The notes under the pieces were generated by a model that saw only the letters and a list, made by a program, of their open reading frames with translations, was not told where the DNA came from and searched no databases. DNA of 64,000 nucleotides from a bacterium. GTDB taxonomy: Bacteria; Verrucomicrobiota; Verrucomicrobiia; Chthoniobacterales; UBA6821. Positions within the stretch are counted from its first letter, which is position 1. Every line of letters begins with the position of its first letter. Of the stretch, positions 27,501 through 37,995 are shown one piece after another. The DNA lies in assembly GCA_021849805.1 (NCBI GenBank), contig JAJZSL010000002.1, positions 560 through 64,559 on the forward strand, in the 5' to 3' direction. Made by a program: the position numbers and the translations under genes.

Positions 27501-27616
27501 CAAAAACTGCTCTATTTCCAACACTTCTCCCTTCAATTTAATACACGATCATATAGTGATAGTTCTTGCTATTAGGTTGAGAAGTGGAGTAGAGTAACTG
27601 ACTAATTTTTTTGGCT

Positions 27617-27970
27617 ATGAGCATTATTGAGACTATTGAAAAAGAGCAAATGAACAGTAAGATCACTCCTTTTGAAGTGGGGGATACCATTCGTGTTCAC
27701 ACACGCGTCATTGAGGGTGATAAGGAGCGTATTCAGATCTACACAGGTATTGTCATTGCTCGTCGTGGGAGAGGAATTAATGCTGCCTTTACAGTTCGTC
27801 GTGTCTCCTATGGAGAAGGAGTGGAGCGTATTTTCCCACTTCATTCCTCTGGGATTGCTAAAATCGAAGTCGAGAAACGTGGTTCTGTTCGTCGTGCTAA
27901 GCTAAACTATCTACGCACACGCAAAGGAAAGTCAGCAACAACAGTCAAGGAACGTTCTGCAGAAAAATAG
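27617..27970 (+). CDS. rplS: 50S ribosomal protein L19
   Basis: ..[44 protein letters not shown].. is the L19 signature. ATG at 27617; the track start at 27611 is TTG. Confidence 0.95.
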   Translation: MSIIETIEKEQMNSKITPFEVGDTIRVHTRVIEGDKERIQIYTGIVIARRGRGINAAFTVRRVSYGEGVERIFPLHSSGIAKIEVEKRGSVRRAKLNYLRTRKGKSATTVKERSAEK

Positions 27971-28077
27971 GTTATCTCTCCTCGGAGAGGTCAGCTATAG
28001 AACCTCCAATAGTGGTTTATTTGACTTTTAGCTCTTCTCTTCATGAAGATGCTATTGTTCGTGAAATATTGATCATC

Positions 28078-28734
28078 ATGAGTCCTTCTTCCTCATTGTT
28101 GAAATCTTATCCCACTCTCGATGAAGAAAAACTTCTTTGGTCACAAGGAATACGACCTCTTGCAGGAGTTGATGAAGTAGGTCGAGGACCTCTTGCAGGA
28201 GCTGTGGTTGCTGCAGCTGTTATCCTCCCAGAACAAATGGATGATCTGCTCCAAGCATCATTAGCTCAGCTCAATGATTCAAAAAAAATATCTCCCTCTC
28301 TTCGTCAAAAACTCTACACTTTTCTCACGGAGCACGCGGAGGTTATTTATGCACTGGGGGAAGCAAGTGTGCTAGAGATTGACGAACTCAATATTCTAGA
28401 AGCTAGTGCACTTGCAATGCGACGTGCCGTAGTTGCTTTGAAGAAAAAGCCAGCCTATGTTCTCGTTGATGGTTTACCAGTGAAAAATTTCCCATTTCCT
28501 CAGCATGCTCTCATTGGAGGAGATGGGTGTTCTTTAAGTATTGCTGCTGCTAGTGTGATTGCAAAAGTTACGCGAGATCGTATGATGGAGGAGCTGGATC
28601 TTCTCTTTCCTCATTATGGATTTGCTCGTCATCGTGGTTATGGTACTAGAGAACATTTAGAGAACTTGCGCCGCTATGGACCTTGTCAATATCATCGACG
28701 TAGTTTTAAACCCGTGGCGCAAGCCTCCCTCTAG
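28078..28734 (+). CDS. rnhB: ribonuclease HII
   Basis: GVDEVGRGPLAGAVVAAAV active-site motif, ..LNDSKK.. and ..VDG.. motifs. Start moved to the ATG at 28078. Confidence 0.9.
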   Translation: MSPSSSLLKSYPTLDEEKLLWSQGIRPLAGVDEVGRGPLAGAVVAAAVILPEQMDDLLQASLAQLNDSKKISPSLRQKLYTFLTEHAEVIYALGEASVLEIDELNILEASALAMRRAVVALKKKPAYVLVDGLPVKNFPFPQHALIGGDGCSLSIAAASVIAKVTRDRMMEELDLLFPHYGFARHRGYGTREHLENLRRYGPCQYHRRSFKPVAQASL

Positions 28735-29113
28735 CTCGCGAGGAGCAATAGCACTAGGAGCTTGGGGAGAAAGTTATGCCGCAAGAGTATTGCGTCGCCG
28801 TGGTGTAAAAATCCTCTATCGTAATTATCGAGCTCCTCAAGGAGGAGAAATCGATTTGGTTGGTCGAGAAAAAGGAACCCTTCTCTTCATTGAGGTGAAA
28901 ACCCGTCGTCTTGAAAAAAATTTCTCTCCTCGAGATTCTATCAATCGTAAAAAAGAAAATTTGATTAAGCGTGGAGCGCTCTCTTGGCTACAACTCTTAG
29001 GTTTTCCTGATATTCCTTTTCGCTTTGATGTGGTTGAAATTATTCTTTCTCAGCCAATAGAATTTCGCTGGAATCAAGATGCATTCTCTCTGCCTCCTTC
29101 TCTTCACTATTGA
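28676..29113 (+). CDS. yraN: YraN-family (UPF0102) endonuclease-like protein
   Basis: ..GESYAARVLRRRGVKILYRNYRAPQGGEIDLVGREKGTLLFIEVKTR.. is the YraN core. The only in-frame canonical start (28676) overlaps rnhB by 59 bp, so the start is uncertain. Confidence 0.75.
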   Translation: MDLVNIIDVVLNPWRKPPSSSRGAIALGAWGESYAARVLRRRGVKILYRNYRAPQGGEIDLVGREKGTLLFIEVKTRRLEKNFSPRDSINRKKENLIKRGALSWLQLLGFPDIPFRFDVVEIILSQPIEFRWNQDAFSLPPSLHY

Positions 29114-29119
29114 TTGTTC

Positions 29120-31348
29120 ATGAAGCCACGTTCCTCTTCCCCTTCTCTAAAAAAAATAGCAGGAGGTCCTGAAGATGCTCTCAGTGGTCTTGTAGAACGA
29201 GTGACTTTTCATAATCCAGAAAATGGGTTCGCTGTTCTGAAGGTTCATGTTCAAGGGCAACGTGGTCTTCTCACTGTCCTAGGAACAGTTCCTTCCGTGG
29301 CTCCAGGAGAGTGGATTACTGCTCAAGGCATTTGGGAGCGTGATCGAGAACATGGGCTTCAACTCAAAGCACGTACGCTGAAGACACAACCGCCGACTTC
29401 CCTGGAGGGGATTGAGAAATATCTAGGTAGTGGTTTAATTAAGGGTATTGGTCCTATTTATGCCAAGAAGCTTGTTAAGAAGTTTGGAGAAAATGTTTTT
29501 GAGATTATTGAACATCACTCCAAGCGTCTTCAAGAAGTTGAAGGAATCGGCAGTGAGCGACGCAAATCAATTAAAGTAGCTTGGGCTGAACAAAAAGTAG
29601 TACGTGATATTATGCTTTTCTTGCATGCTCACGGAATCAGTACCAATCGAGCTGCTCGTATTTATAAAACATATGGTGAAGGAGCTATTGAAATCATTCG
29701 CAAAAATCCTTATACCCTCGCTCGTGATATCCATGGTATTGGATTTCATTCAGCTGATTTGGTTGCCAGCAAGCTTGGATTTGAACCTGATTCCCTCTTG
29801 CGTGCTCGTGGTGCCATTGATCATCTTTTGAGTGAAGCAACTGGTGAAGGTCATTGTGCTTTACCGAAAGAAGAGTTGATTTTTAAAGCTCAGGAACTAC
29901 TAGCAGTTCCTGAGGAAATTATTCTAGGAGCTCTTGAGCGCCACCTTCATGACATGAAAGTAAGCTTGGAGAAGATCCGTGGTGAGGAACTTATTTTTCT
30001 ACCTCATCTTCGCACTGCCGAAGAAATCATCGCCAGCAAGCTTCAACAGCTTGTTCATGCCCCTAATCCTACTCCATGGATTGATCCTCAGAAAGCAATT
30101 CCTTGGGTTGAAGAGAAAACAAAACGCCTACTCTCGGAGAGTCAACGTGAAGCATTAGCCACTGCACTGAAGCATCGTGTTGTTGTTATCACTGGTGGTC
30201 CTGGTGTTGGAAAAACAACACTACTTCAATCTTTACTCACCATTTTAAAAGCTAAGAAACTCCGCTGTCTTCTTGCAGCTCCTACAGGGCGTGCAGCTCA
30301 ACGGCTCAGTATGGCAACAGGATTAGAAGCAAAGACAGTGCATCGCCTCCTGGAATTTGTTCCTGCTCGTGGAACATTTGCACGTAATGTTGATCATCCT
30401 CTTGAGGGAGATGCCCTCATTATCGATGAGGTCTCCATGGTTGATGTTCCGCTCATGAGTTCTCTCCTTTTAGCTCATCCACCTGAGGCACGGTTAATTT
30501 TAGTTGGAGATGCCGATCAGTTGCCTAGTGTTGGTCCAGGTTTAGTTCTTCCAGATATTATTCGCAGTGGTTTAATAAAAGTTGTTTGTTTGAAGGAAAT
30601 TTTCCGTCAATCGCAAGGGAGTCAAATCATTCAAGCGGCTCATGCTATCAATGAAGGTATATTGCCAGATTGTTATCCTCATCAGGAGCAGTCCGATTTC
30701 TTTTTTCTAGAACGTGAAGATGCTCCACAAACGCTTAGTTCGCTCATGACCTTGATGAGTGATCGTATTCCTAAGCGCTATGGCTTTGATCCCATTGATG
30801 ATCTTCAAGTGCTCGCTCCCATGCATCGAGGAAGCTTGGGTGTTCATGAACTGAATCTTCGTCTTCAAGAAATACTCAATCCCAAACATCCAGATCGTCT
30901 CGAGCATCAAGCATATGGACTTCTTTTTCGTGAAGGAGACAAGATTATCCAAACAAGTAACAATTATGAGAAGGAAGTTTTTAATGGTGATATTGGACGC
31001 ATTCTCTCTATTGATCCTGCTCAGAAGAATGTAAAAGTTCGTTTTGAGGATCGTCGTGTGACCTATGATTTTTCTGAACTTGATGAAATCACCTTAGCCT
31101 ATGCTATTACAATTCATAAAAGCCAAGGCTCAGAATTTCCAGTGGTGCTCATGCCGCTTGCCATGCAGCAATATCTTTTGTTGCAGCGCAATCTCCTCTA
31201 TACTGGTGTCACTCGTGGAAGAGAGCTTGTTTTCTTAATTGGGCAGCGCAAAGCGCTCATGACTGCCACACACAATGCTTCTACACGACGTCGTTATGGA
31301 GGTTTGTTTCATCGACTAGATACTACCAACCTTCGGAAACACGACTAA
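29120..31348 (+). CDS. recD2: RecD2-type ATP-dependent DNA helicase
   Basis: N-terminal OB/HhH region, Walker A ITGGPGVGKTT, Walker B IIDEVSMVD, LVGDADQLPSVGPG, and the C-terminal ..AITIHKSQGSEF.. motif. Confidence 0.85.
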   Translation: MKPRSSSPSLKKIAGGPEDALSGLVERVTFHNPENGFAVLKVHVQGQRGLLTVLGTVPSVAPGEWITAQGIWERDREHGLQLKARTLKTQPPTSLEGIEKYLGSGLIKGIGPIYAKKLVKKFGENVFEIIEHHSKRLQEVEGIGSERRKSIKVAWAEQKVVRDIMLFLHAHGISTNRAARIYKTYGEGAIEIIRKNPYTLARDIHGIGFHSADLVASKLGFEPDSLLRARGAIDHLLSEATGEGHCALPKEELIFKAQELLAVPEEIILGALERHLHDMKVSLEKIRGEELIFLPHLRTAEEIIASKLQQLVHAPNPTPWIDPQKAIPWVEEKTKRLLSESQREALATALKHRVVVITGGPGVGKTTLLQSLLTILKAKKLRCLLAAPTGRAAQRLSMATGLEAKTVHRLLEFVPARGTFARNVDHPLEGDALIIDEVSMVDVPLMSSLLLAHPPEARLILVGDADQLPSVGPGLVLPDIIRSGLIKVVCLKEIFRQSQGSQIIQAAHAINEGILPDCYPHQEQSDFFFLEREDAPQTLSSLMTLMSDRIPKRYGFDPIDDLQVLAPMHRGSLGVHELNLRLQEILNPKHPDRLEHQAYGLLFREGDKIIQTSNNYEKEVFNGDIGRILSIDPAQKNVKVRFEDRRVTYDFSELDEITLAYAITIHKSQGSEFPVVLMPLAMQQYLLLQRNLLYTGVTRGRELVFLIGQRKALMTATHNASTRRRYGGLFHRLDTTNLRKHD

Positions 31349-31874
31349 CAATGAGCTCTGCTGCTCGCTGGGCGGCAATAGGGTAATTGATATTCTGATC
31401 GGTAACAAGATCAGAGTTGATGTTGTCTGAATTAATGAAGAAGGGGACATGACCTTCAGCTCGACCTCTCAGAAGGATAACCCCCGTAAGTCGATCTTTA
31501 ACAACAAATTCAATGGTCAGAATAAGGTCAAACTCGGAAGTCTGCATAACATTGCTAGCGTAGACACGCATGGGCTGACGCTTCACGCTAACAATAGTAC
31601 CCATCAAATTAGCATCAGCACGATCTGGTGTTTCAAGGCGATAGGTTCCATCTTGCTGAAATTGCTTAGCTATTGCATCAGCTGTTTGAGACTCTAGGCG
31701 AGGAATCAACGTGTCATTCTTGAGTGTTCCTACAGAAATAGAATTCACTCGCCTCATGGTTGTAGGTTTGATTTCACCAAGGGTATAGCCACATCCTGCA
31801 AGGAAGAGAGTAACTCCTAGAAGAAAGAAGAGGGAGAGCCCTCGTAGGTACTTTGATATAAATCTCAGATACAT
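31323..31874 (-). CDS. lptE: LPS-assembly lipoprotein LptE-like
   Basis: Lipoprotein signal MYLRFISKYLRGLSLFFLLGVTLFLAGCGY and an LptE-like body, located downstream of bamD. The track start at 32027 is a TTG overlapping the bamD stop. The ATG at 31874 gives the clean signal peptide. Confidence 0.6.
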   Translation of the reverse strand: MYLRFISKYLRGLSLFFLLGVTLFLAGCGYTLGEIKPTTMRRVNSISVGTLKNDTLIPRLESQTADAIAKQFQQDGTYRLETPDRADANLMGTIVSVKRQPMRVYASNVMQTSEFDLILTIEFVVKDRLTGVILLRGRAEGHVPFFINSDNINSDLVTDQNINYPIAAQRAAELIVSRVSEGW

Positions 31875-32023
31875 TCTCTGACGCTTAGGGTCTCTTTGTG
31901 AGGTTTGATCGTATCTTGGAATTTCAACGATCAGCTCTTTTGCTGAGAGCAAGAGATAAGCCAGAAGAGCAGATGTTCTCAAAGTTATCATGATTTGGTG
32001 AAGGCAATCTGAAATAATGAAGC

Positions 32024-33163
32024 TCAAGGAGAAGGAGGATTTTTTGGGCTGGACGCGGGTGTTAGATCACTAAAGGTTGTGCGCATTTGTGGAACAGGAG
32101 TTTCTTGGGGATGAGGCGTTATTTCTTCCTCTGGAGGTCCACTATAGGTAGAAAGAGCTTTTGTTTCTACTTCAACTTCCATGTTGCGGCGCATGGCCAT
32201 TTGGCTTCCAGAGAGAGGAGTTTTCTCTCCGACATGCAGAGCTTCTTCTCCAACAGAGCTCTTGAGCTCTGAAAGACGAGTTTTGGCTATCGAGGCGCTA
32301 CTGGTTTGAGGATACTTTTCAATGACTTGACGATAATAGATAGCTGACGACTTGTAATTTTTAGAAAAATCATAAAAACGAGCAATACGTAAGAGATCCT
32401 TACTTTCTCGAGTTACCAGTGATTGAATATTCTCACTTGCTTGGTTGGATTTCTCACTATTGGGATATTGAAGAAGAAAATCTTCAAAGTTATGCTGACT
32501 CTCCTTCAGTGCAGAAAGATCTTGAGACCCCTCGCGCGTTCCCAGACTCATGTAGACATAGCCGATTTGATAGAGTGCTGAATCACAAATAGGACTCGTG
32601 GGATATTTGTCGATTAAGCGCTGATAAGCAGCGATGGCTTCTGCCGTTTTTCCTTGGCGTTCTAGGGAAAGGGCAAGATTAAACTGCGTTAAGGCTCCAT
32701 ATTTGCTATAAGGAGCATTAGCTAAAATTGATTCATACATCTCCTCCGAGCGCTCGAGATCAGTGAAAAGAGGGATTCCCAAAAACTTGACTTTTTTCCC
32801 TTTCAAATAAGCATTAGCAATGTTGATCTGCCCTGCCACTGCTTCTTGAAAGTGAGGCGTCTGAGGATATTTTTTCAATAAGGTCGTATAAGCCTTAAAA
32901 GCAGCATTGTCATTCCCTTTTCTGAGGAGAAGCTCTGCTATTTGAAATTGAGCTTCAGCTGCCTGTGAAGAAAAAGGATGATTTTTTACGACTTGTTCAA
33001 AATGATGAAGAGCCTCCTCAGTGGCTCCAGAGGCTAGAGCATGTTCTGCTAGAGCCATCTGTTGGGAAGGATTCCTGCTTTCTGAAGCTGAAAGAAACGA
33101 AAGAAAAAAGAAGAGAGCAAGAGCAAAAAAACCAATTTGCCTCCTAAGCTGAGTAGCAATCAT
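32024..33163 (-). CDS. bamD: outer-membrane protein assembly factor BamD-like TPR protein with a Pro/Ser-rich C-terminal tail
   Basis: Signal sequence, then repeated TPR-like helices (..AEAQFQIAELLLRKGN.., ..ALYQIGYVYM..), as in YfiO/BamD. Confidence 0.7.
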   Translation of the reverse strand: MIATQLRRQIGFFALALFFFLSFLSASESRNPSQQMALAEHALASGATEEALHHFEQVVKNHPFSSQAAEAQFQIAELLLRKGNDNAAFKAYTTLLKKYPQTPHFQEAVAGQINIANAYLKGKKVKFLGIPLFTDLERSEEMYESILANAPYSKYGALTQFNLALSLERQGKTAEAIAAYQRLIDKYPTSPICDSALYQIGYVYMSLGTREGSQDLSALKESQHNFEDFLLQYPNSEKSNQASENIQSLVTRESKDLLRIARFYDFSKNYKSSAIYYRQVIEKYPQTSSASIAKTRLSELKSSVGEEALHVGEKTPLSGSQMAMRRNMEVEVETKALSTYSGPPEEEITPHPQETPVPQMRTTFSDLTPASSPKNPPSP

Positions 33164-33172
33164 CGATGTCTA

Positions 33173-34285
33173 TTAGTGAGCAGAGTCAAACCAGTTGTCA
33201 ATTTCGTTTAGCACTCTCTCTCGAATATCATCTTGCTCCATAAGAAGTTCATGTTGTGCTTGGGGAAGGGTTATCTTACTAGCAAGTACTCTTGGAGAGA
33301 GGCGTTTTAGAAACTCATCATGAGCACTATTGACAATGATTTGATCACTCCCAGCTTGGAGCAGAAGCAGTCTGGTCTTGCTGACACGATCTGCTTGTGC
33401 TAGCAATTGAGGAGTGATGCGTAGCGACTCTTCCAACCAACGCCAAGAAATTCCTCCGAGAATGGCCTTGGGTTCGCTTTTGACAAAAGAAGTCATCATC
33501 GACCATCGTGGTTCGCTTGAAGTATAGATATCTTTCTTTTTGGAGAAATTATAATCCGTTTCTCCAGGAGCATATTCTTCTCCATAGCCCAGGGAACAAG
33601 CCAGGTAGCTAAGGAGGAGAAGATTCTCTTCAGCATCGCTGTAGGTGTAATAATCATGATGAGCACTGAGTATATCATCAGCCGTAGCATTGAGTGTTTC
33701 TTCTAGATTGTAAGCAAGATAAGAACCTGTATCAATTTTGAACATGGGAGAAGTCATTGCGACCGCTTCAAAGGGAGAGGTATGATGTTCCAAATAAGCT
33801 GTTGCAATAGCTCCTCCCATGGAGTGAGTGAGCAGGAAGAGCCCTTCCTTTTGCCGATGAGTGGGTAGAACAATTGTTGTGAGGAAAGTCTCTAAATCGT
33901 TGACGTAGTCATCAAACTGCTCGATATGTCCTATCTGAGGGTTCTTGGCAACAAGATGAGGGGAGAGTCCTTGTCCTCGGTGATCATAAGCAAAGATGGA
34001 GTAGCCTTTTTGATAAAGGTCATAGAAAACCTCTCCATAAATCAACCATGACTCACATCGCCCTTGCAGGATCACAATGACTCCTTTGGGGTTAGGATGA
34101 ATCAAGCAGACAGCACTCAGTTGGTATTTCCCATCGGCACTGGGAAAAGAAAATTGAACTTCGTGCTCCGCTAGAAAAGGAGCAACGTGCTCGTTGTAAT
34201 TGGAAGAATAATTTTGCTCAGGGATAGCATAAGAAGCAGTAAGGGCACAAAAATAAAATAAAACGAGAGGGAGGTAACGCTTCAT
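33173..34285 (-). CDS. secreted alpha/beta hydrolase (lysophospholipase/monoacylglycerol-lipase-like)
   Basis: Signal peptide MKRYLPLVLFYFCALTASYA, nucleophile elbow THSMGG, ..DHRGQGLS.. and a C-terminal His region. Start moved from 34516 to the ATG at 34285. Confidence 0.7.
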   Translation of the reverse strand: MKRYLPLVLFYFCALTASYAIPEQNYSSNYNEHVAPFLAEHEVQFSFPSADGKYQLSAVCLIHPNPKGVIVILQGRCESWLIYGEVFYDLYQKGYSIFAYDHRGQGLSPHLVAKNPQIGHIEQFDDYVNDLETFLTTIVLPTHRQKEGLFLLTHSMGGAIATAYLEHHTSPFEAVAMTSPMFKIDTGSYLAYNLEETLNATADDILSAHHDYYTYSDAEENLLLLSYLACSLGYGEEYAPGETDYNFSKKKDIYTSSEPRWSMMTSFVKSEPKAILGGISWRWLEESLRITPQLLAQADRVSKTRLLLLQAGSDQIIVNSAHDEFLKRLSPRVLASKITLPQAQHELLMEQDDIRERVLNEIDNWFDSAH

Positions 34286-34424
34286 AAGGACGGTGGAAGA
34301 TAAATGACTTTGACTAGAAAGACAATAGTAGAGTAACAGCTGTTTTAGGAATGCTTCTTTGGTGGCTGATTTTTCTATTTCATGAGCATCTCCAGTACGT
34401 ACAGTTATAAAGTTCGCTTGAGGA

Positions 34425-34453
34425 TTGACATTTTTCCTCAATATATCGATAGT
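34425..34453 (+). promoter_or_regulatory. candidate sigma70-type promoter of typA
   Basis: TTGACA (34425-34430), a 17-nt spacer, then GATAGT (34448-34453), about 22 nt before the typA ATG at 34476. The over-extended ORF-track start at 34425 is the TTG of this -35 box. Confidence 0.3.
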
Positions 34454-34475
34454 GTCGCCCCTCTTTCTCACTTTT

Positions 34476-36314
34476 ATGGAATCATCTCTAGAATCGATAC
34501 GCAATATCGCCATCATTGCCCATGTTGATCATGGCAAAACAACCTTAGTCGATCAGCTTCTCAAGCAAGCAGGAACTTTTCGTGCTAACGAAGCAAAAGC
34601 TTCTGAAGAGAGAATCATGGATTCGATGGATTTGGAGCGTGAGAAGGGAATCACTATCAAGGCGAAGAATGCTGCTTTCCACTGGAGAGAGTATCATGTC
34701 AATATTGTTGACACTCCTGGGCATGCTGACTTTGGTGGGGAAGTCGAGCGAATTATGAAAATGGTCGATGGGGTGCTTCTTCTGGTGGATGCTCATGATG
34801 GACCGCAAGCTCAGACAAAATTTGTCTTAAAGAAAGCTCTTGCTCATGGAGCAAAGCCGATTGTGGTCATTAACAAAATCGACCGTGACAATGCTCGCCC
34901 TCATCAAGTTCTCGATATGGTTTTTGAGCTTTTTCTAGAACTGGGAGCTAACGATGAACAGCTCGATTTTCCTGTGGTCTATGCTAGTGCTAAACAAGGC
35001 TATGCCAAAGCAGAGGTCACCCAAGAGAGTAGCAACATGGAGCCCCTCTATGAGGCCATCATTAAACATATCCCTTGCCCGAGAAAATCAGATCTCTCTT
35101 ATTTTCAAATGCTCGTTTCCAATTTGGACTGGAGTGATTACTTGGGAAGAATTGCTTACGGTCGAATCATCAGTGGCAAGGTAAAAGTTGGAGACCAAGT
35201 TGTCTGTATTCACCAAGATGGGAAAAAAGAAAAAAAGAATGTTACGGCCCTCTTTGGACATCGAGGTCTTGCTAAAGTTGAACTCAAGGAAGCTTCCGAA
35301 GGCGATATTATCGGCTTAGCTGGCTTTGAGGATGTTTTCATTGGAGAAACGATAACCGATAGTGAAGAGCGCTTGGCACTTGCTTTTGTTGATATTGATC
35401 CTCCCACCATTACGATGAAGATTTGTATCAATGATGGACCGCTAGCTGGAAAGGAAGGGAAGCTAGTCACAGCTCGTCAAATTGGTGAGCGCTTACTTCG
35501 TGAAACAAGAACCAATGTATCGATTGAAGTCAAGGACACCGAAACAGCTGGTCATTTTCAAATTAAAGCTCGTGGAGAGATGCAAATTGCCATCATTGTC
35601 GAGCAGATGCGTCGCGAAGGTTTTGAGCTTCTTGTCTCCCGCCCAGAAGTTATCTTCAAGCGTGATGATCAAGGAAACCTCATTGAACCACTGGAGAGCG
35701 TATACATTGATGTTCCCAAGGAGAATTTAGGCGATATCCTCCAAAGTTTGGCTGCTCGGAAAGCTGATATTATCTCCATGGAGCATCAAGCTCACAGCGT
35801 CACTGTCGAAGCACTGGCCCCAACGCGTGGACTCATTGGCTTTGAGACAGATCTAGTCAACGCCACCAAGGGACATGGTATCATGTCGCATCTCTTCAAA
35901 GAATATACTCCTTACAAAGGAGAAATTCCTACTCGCAATAATGGTGTTCTCATTTCCATGGAAAATGGAACAAGTATGGCCTATGCCCTGGATACTATTC
36001 AAGAGCGAGGTCGCCTCTTTATTGGGCCTCAGGAAGAGGTTTATGTCGGAATGATTATTGGTGAGAATGCTCGCCCTGATGATATGCCTGTTAATCCTTG
36101 CAAAGCGAAGAAACTCTCGAACATGCGCAGTACTGGTGATGGGAAAGGAATTTCACTGACTCCTCCACTGAAAATGACCCTGGAGCGCTCCCTAGAATAT
36201 ATTGCCAATGATGAGTATGTCGAAGTGACCCCCTTGAGTCTTCGTCTTCGAAAGAAAATTTTGGATCCTACTGCCCGTAAGCGCATGAGTACAACTCCTG
36301 TTGTGACGGAGTAG
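34476..36314 (+). CDS. typA: translational GTPase TypA/BipA
   Basis: IRNIAIIAHVDHGKTTL, DTPGHADFGGEVER and NKIDR, with a BipA-type C-terminal domain. Start moved to the ATG at 34476. Confidence 0.95.
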   Translation: MESSLESIRNIAIIAHVDHGKTTLVDQLLKQAGTFRANEAKASEERIMDSMDLEREKGITIKAKNAAFHWREYHVNIVDTPGHADFGGEVERIMKMVDGVLLLVDAHDGPQAQTKFVLKKALAHGAKPIVVINKIDRDNARPHQVLDMVFELFLELGANDEQLDFPVVYASAKQGYAKAEVTQESSNMEPLYEAIIKHIPCPRKSDLSYFQMLVSNLDWSDYLGRIAYGRIISGKVKVGDQVVCIHQDGKKEKKNVTALFGHRGLAKVELKEASEGDIIGLAGFEDVFIGETITDSEERLALAFVDIDPPTITMKICINDGPLAGKEGKLVTARQIGERLLRETRTNVSIEVKDTETAGHFQIKARGEMQIAIIVEQMRREGFELLVSRPEVIFKRDDQGNLIEPLESVYIDVPKENLGDILQSLAARKADIISMEHQAHSVTVEALAPTRGLIGFETDLVNATKGHGIMSHLFKEYTPYKGEIPTRNNGVLISMENGTSMAYALDTIQERGRLFIGPQEEVYVGMIIGENARPDDMPVNPCKAKKLSNMRSTGDGKGISLTPPLKMTLERSLEYIANDEYVEVTPLSLRLRKKILDPTARKRMSTTPVVTE

Positions 36315-36441
36315 AGATTATTTTTAAAGTTGACCATCTGATTATTGTTGAATATCCTTTTTGGGAATTGAGAGAAAAATCTCCCAACCTAAAATTTGCT
36401 AATGAAGACTTCTAACTAGAACTTCTCACTTTTACCCTCTC

Positions 36442-36987
36442 ATGAAATTTCAGAAACTCACTTTTTTTTGTTCTCTTCTTCTCCTCTTCACCAGTCATGC
36501 TCTGGTGCAAACAGCCCATGCAGCTGATCCAAGTTCTTTGATTCAATCAACAATTGAAGATGATCACCTAAGGAAAATTCATGTTAGCCTTCAATCAAGT
36601 GAACTCATCAAGCTAGCTCAGTCTGCTAACAATGGTACTCTTCACTATACTCTACCTAATAAAATTACCTTATTAGCAGGTGAGAAAATGCTTCTTGCTC
36701 TAGATTTGAACAGTAGTCTTTATCAAGGTCGCCTAGATCAAGCTGCTTGGGAGAAGGATCGTACTCTTAGTAGCAATCAAATATTAAGCTACGAAGATGA
36801 TCAATCAGAATGGCATTTCTTGGGTAACACATTTTACCATTTTCAAACACACACTCCAGGATTAGTTAACATTCCTTATCGTATTAAAAACATCAAAGGA
36901 AAATATGGGTTTGATGCTGATTCGCTAACCTTTGATATGGCTGTGAGTATTCCTGTTGAGGTTGTTGATCCTCAAACTTCACAATAA
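36442..36987 (+). CDS. hypothetical secreted protein
   Basis: Sec signal peptide MKFQKLTFFCSLLLLFTSHALVQTAHA|AD. No family recognised. Confidence 0.5.
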   Translation: MKFQKLTFFCSLLLLFTSHALVQTAHAADPSSLIQSTIEDDHLRKIHVSLQSSELIKLAQSANNGTLHYTLPNKITLLAGEKMLLALDLNSSLYQGRLDQAAWEKDRTLSSNQILSYEDDQSEWHFLGNTFYHFQTHTPGLVNIPYRIKNIKGKYGFDADSLTFDMAVSIPVEVVDPQTSQ

Positions 36988-37012
36988 GCCAGAAGACTCA
37001 GATGCAGTTTCT

Positions 37013-37744
37013 ATGGGACGTCAGTGGCTCTTAGCAAAGCGTGAGGTTTCTTCACTGAAAAAATCGAAAGCTACAGGAAAATTTGTTCGTGAAATCACCA
37101 TCGCTGCGCGTCACGGAGGAGCTGATCCCCATCATAATGCTCGTTTAGCTGCTGCCATTGACAAAGCTAAAAAAGAGAGCGTATCACGTGATGTCATTGA
37201 GCGTGCCATCCAGAAAGCTTCTGGTAGTGGTGATGAAAAAATGGCACTTGAACATATTGTTTTTGAAGGATATGCCCCTCATAAAATTCCCGTCATTGTA
37301 GAAGTTTTTACCGATAACAATAATCGAACGGCTCCCGAAATTCGTGTTCTCTTTCGAGAAGCTCAACTTGGAGTTCCAGGAAGTAACAAGTTTCTCTTTG
37401 ATCATGTTGGTTTAGTAGAAGCCTACACAACCAATCTTCAAGCTGATTTGGAAGAAGCTGCTATTGAGGCAGGCGCTAATGAGGTGGAGCCTCTGAACCA
37501 TCATCAAAATGACGATATACCGCAGGAGGCTCTTGGAGCTAGGTTCATCACTGAGAGAACAGCAGTGCATGCTCTTGCTACCTGGCTCTCCGAGCATGGT
37601 TGGAAAGTAATTACCAGTGAAATCGGTTATGTTGCCAAGAATTTTCCTCCCTTGACTGAAGAAGAACGCTATAACGTTGGTCTCTTTTTAGAGAAGCTTC
37701 AAGAACATGATGATGTCCATCGTGTTTGGGCAGCAATCAAGTAG
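37013..37744 (+). CDS. yebC: YebC/PmpR-family transcriptional regulator
   Basis: ..KFVREITIAARHGGADPHHNARLAAAIDKAKKESVSRDVIERAI.. is the YebC signature. Start moved to the ATG at 37013. Confidence 0.9.
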   Translation: MGRQWLLAKREVSSLKKSKATGKFVREITIAARHGGADPHHNARLAAAIDKAKKESVSRDVIERAIQKASGSGDEKMALEHIVFEGYAPHKIPVIVEVFTDNNNRTAPEIRVLFREAQLGVPGSNKFLFDHVGLVEAYTTNLQADLEEAAIEAGANEVEPLNHHQNDDIPQEALGARFITERTAVHALATWLSEHGWKVITSEIGYVAKNFPPLTEEERYNVGLFLEKLQEHDDVHRVWAAIK

Positions 37745-37995
37745 TAGTCTCGTTGAGATCATCTTTGGTTGGATTAGAACTTCCAAGAGTTTCCAAACTT
37801 CAGGATGGAGTGTTCATCTGAATATTTCATGCCGGCCTCCTCCTCATGATCAGTATGAAATACCTGGGTTAAGAGAATCCTTGTTTGGTTTTTTTTAGTG
37901 ATCTCCTCCTTTACTGCTATGTTGCTAAAGGTAAGTTCTAGAGCCTTGATCAAACTCTTGCCTATCATTTTCTAAATATTTTCTGATGATAAATC

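Noticed and set aside
37745-37995. A 251-bp yebC-dinB spacer with small ORFs (63 and 64 aa) and a TACTG.. string that might be a LexA box ahead of dinB.
   Set aside because: The tactgctatgttgcta string lacks the CAG half-site of the E. coli-type SOS box. The small ORFs have no start context or recognisable features.
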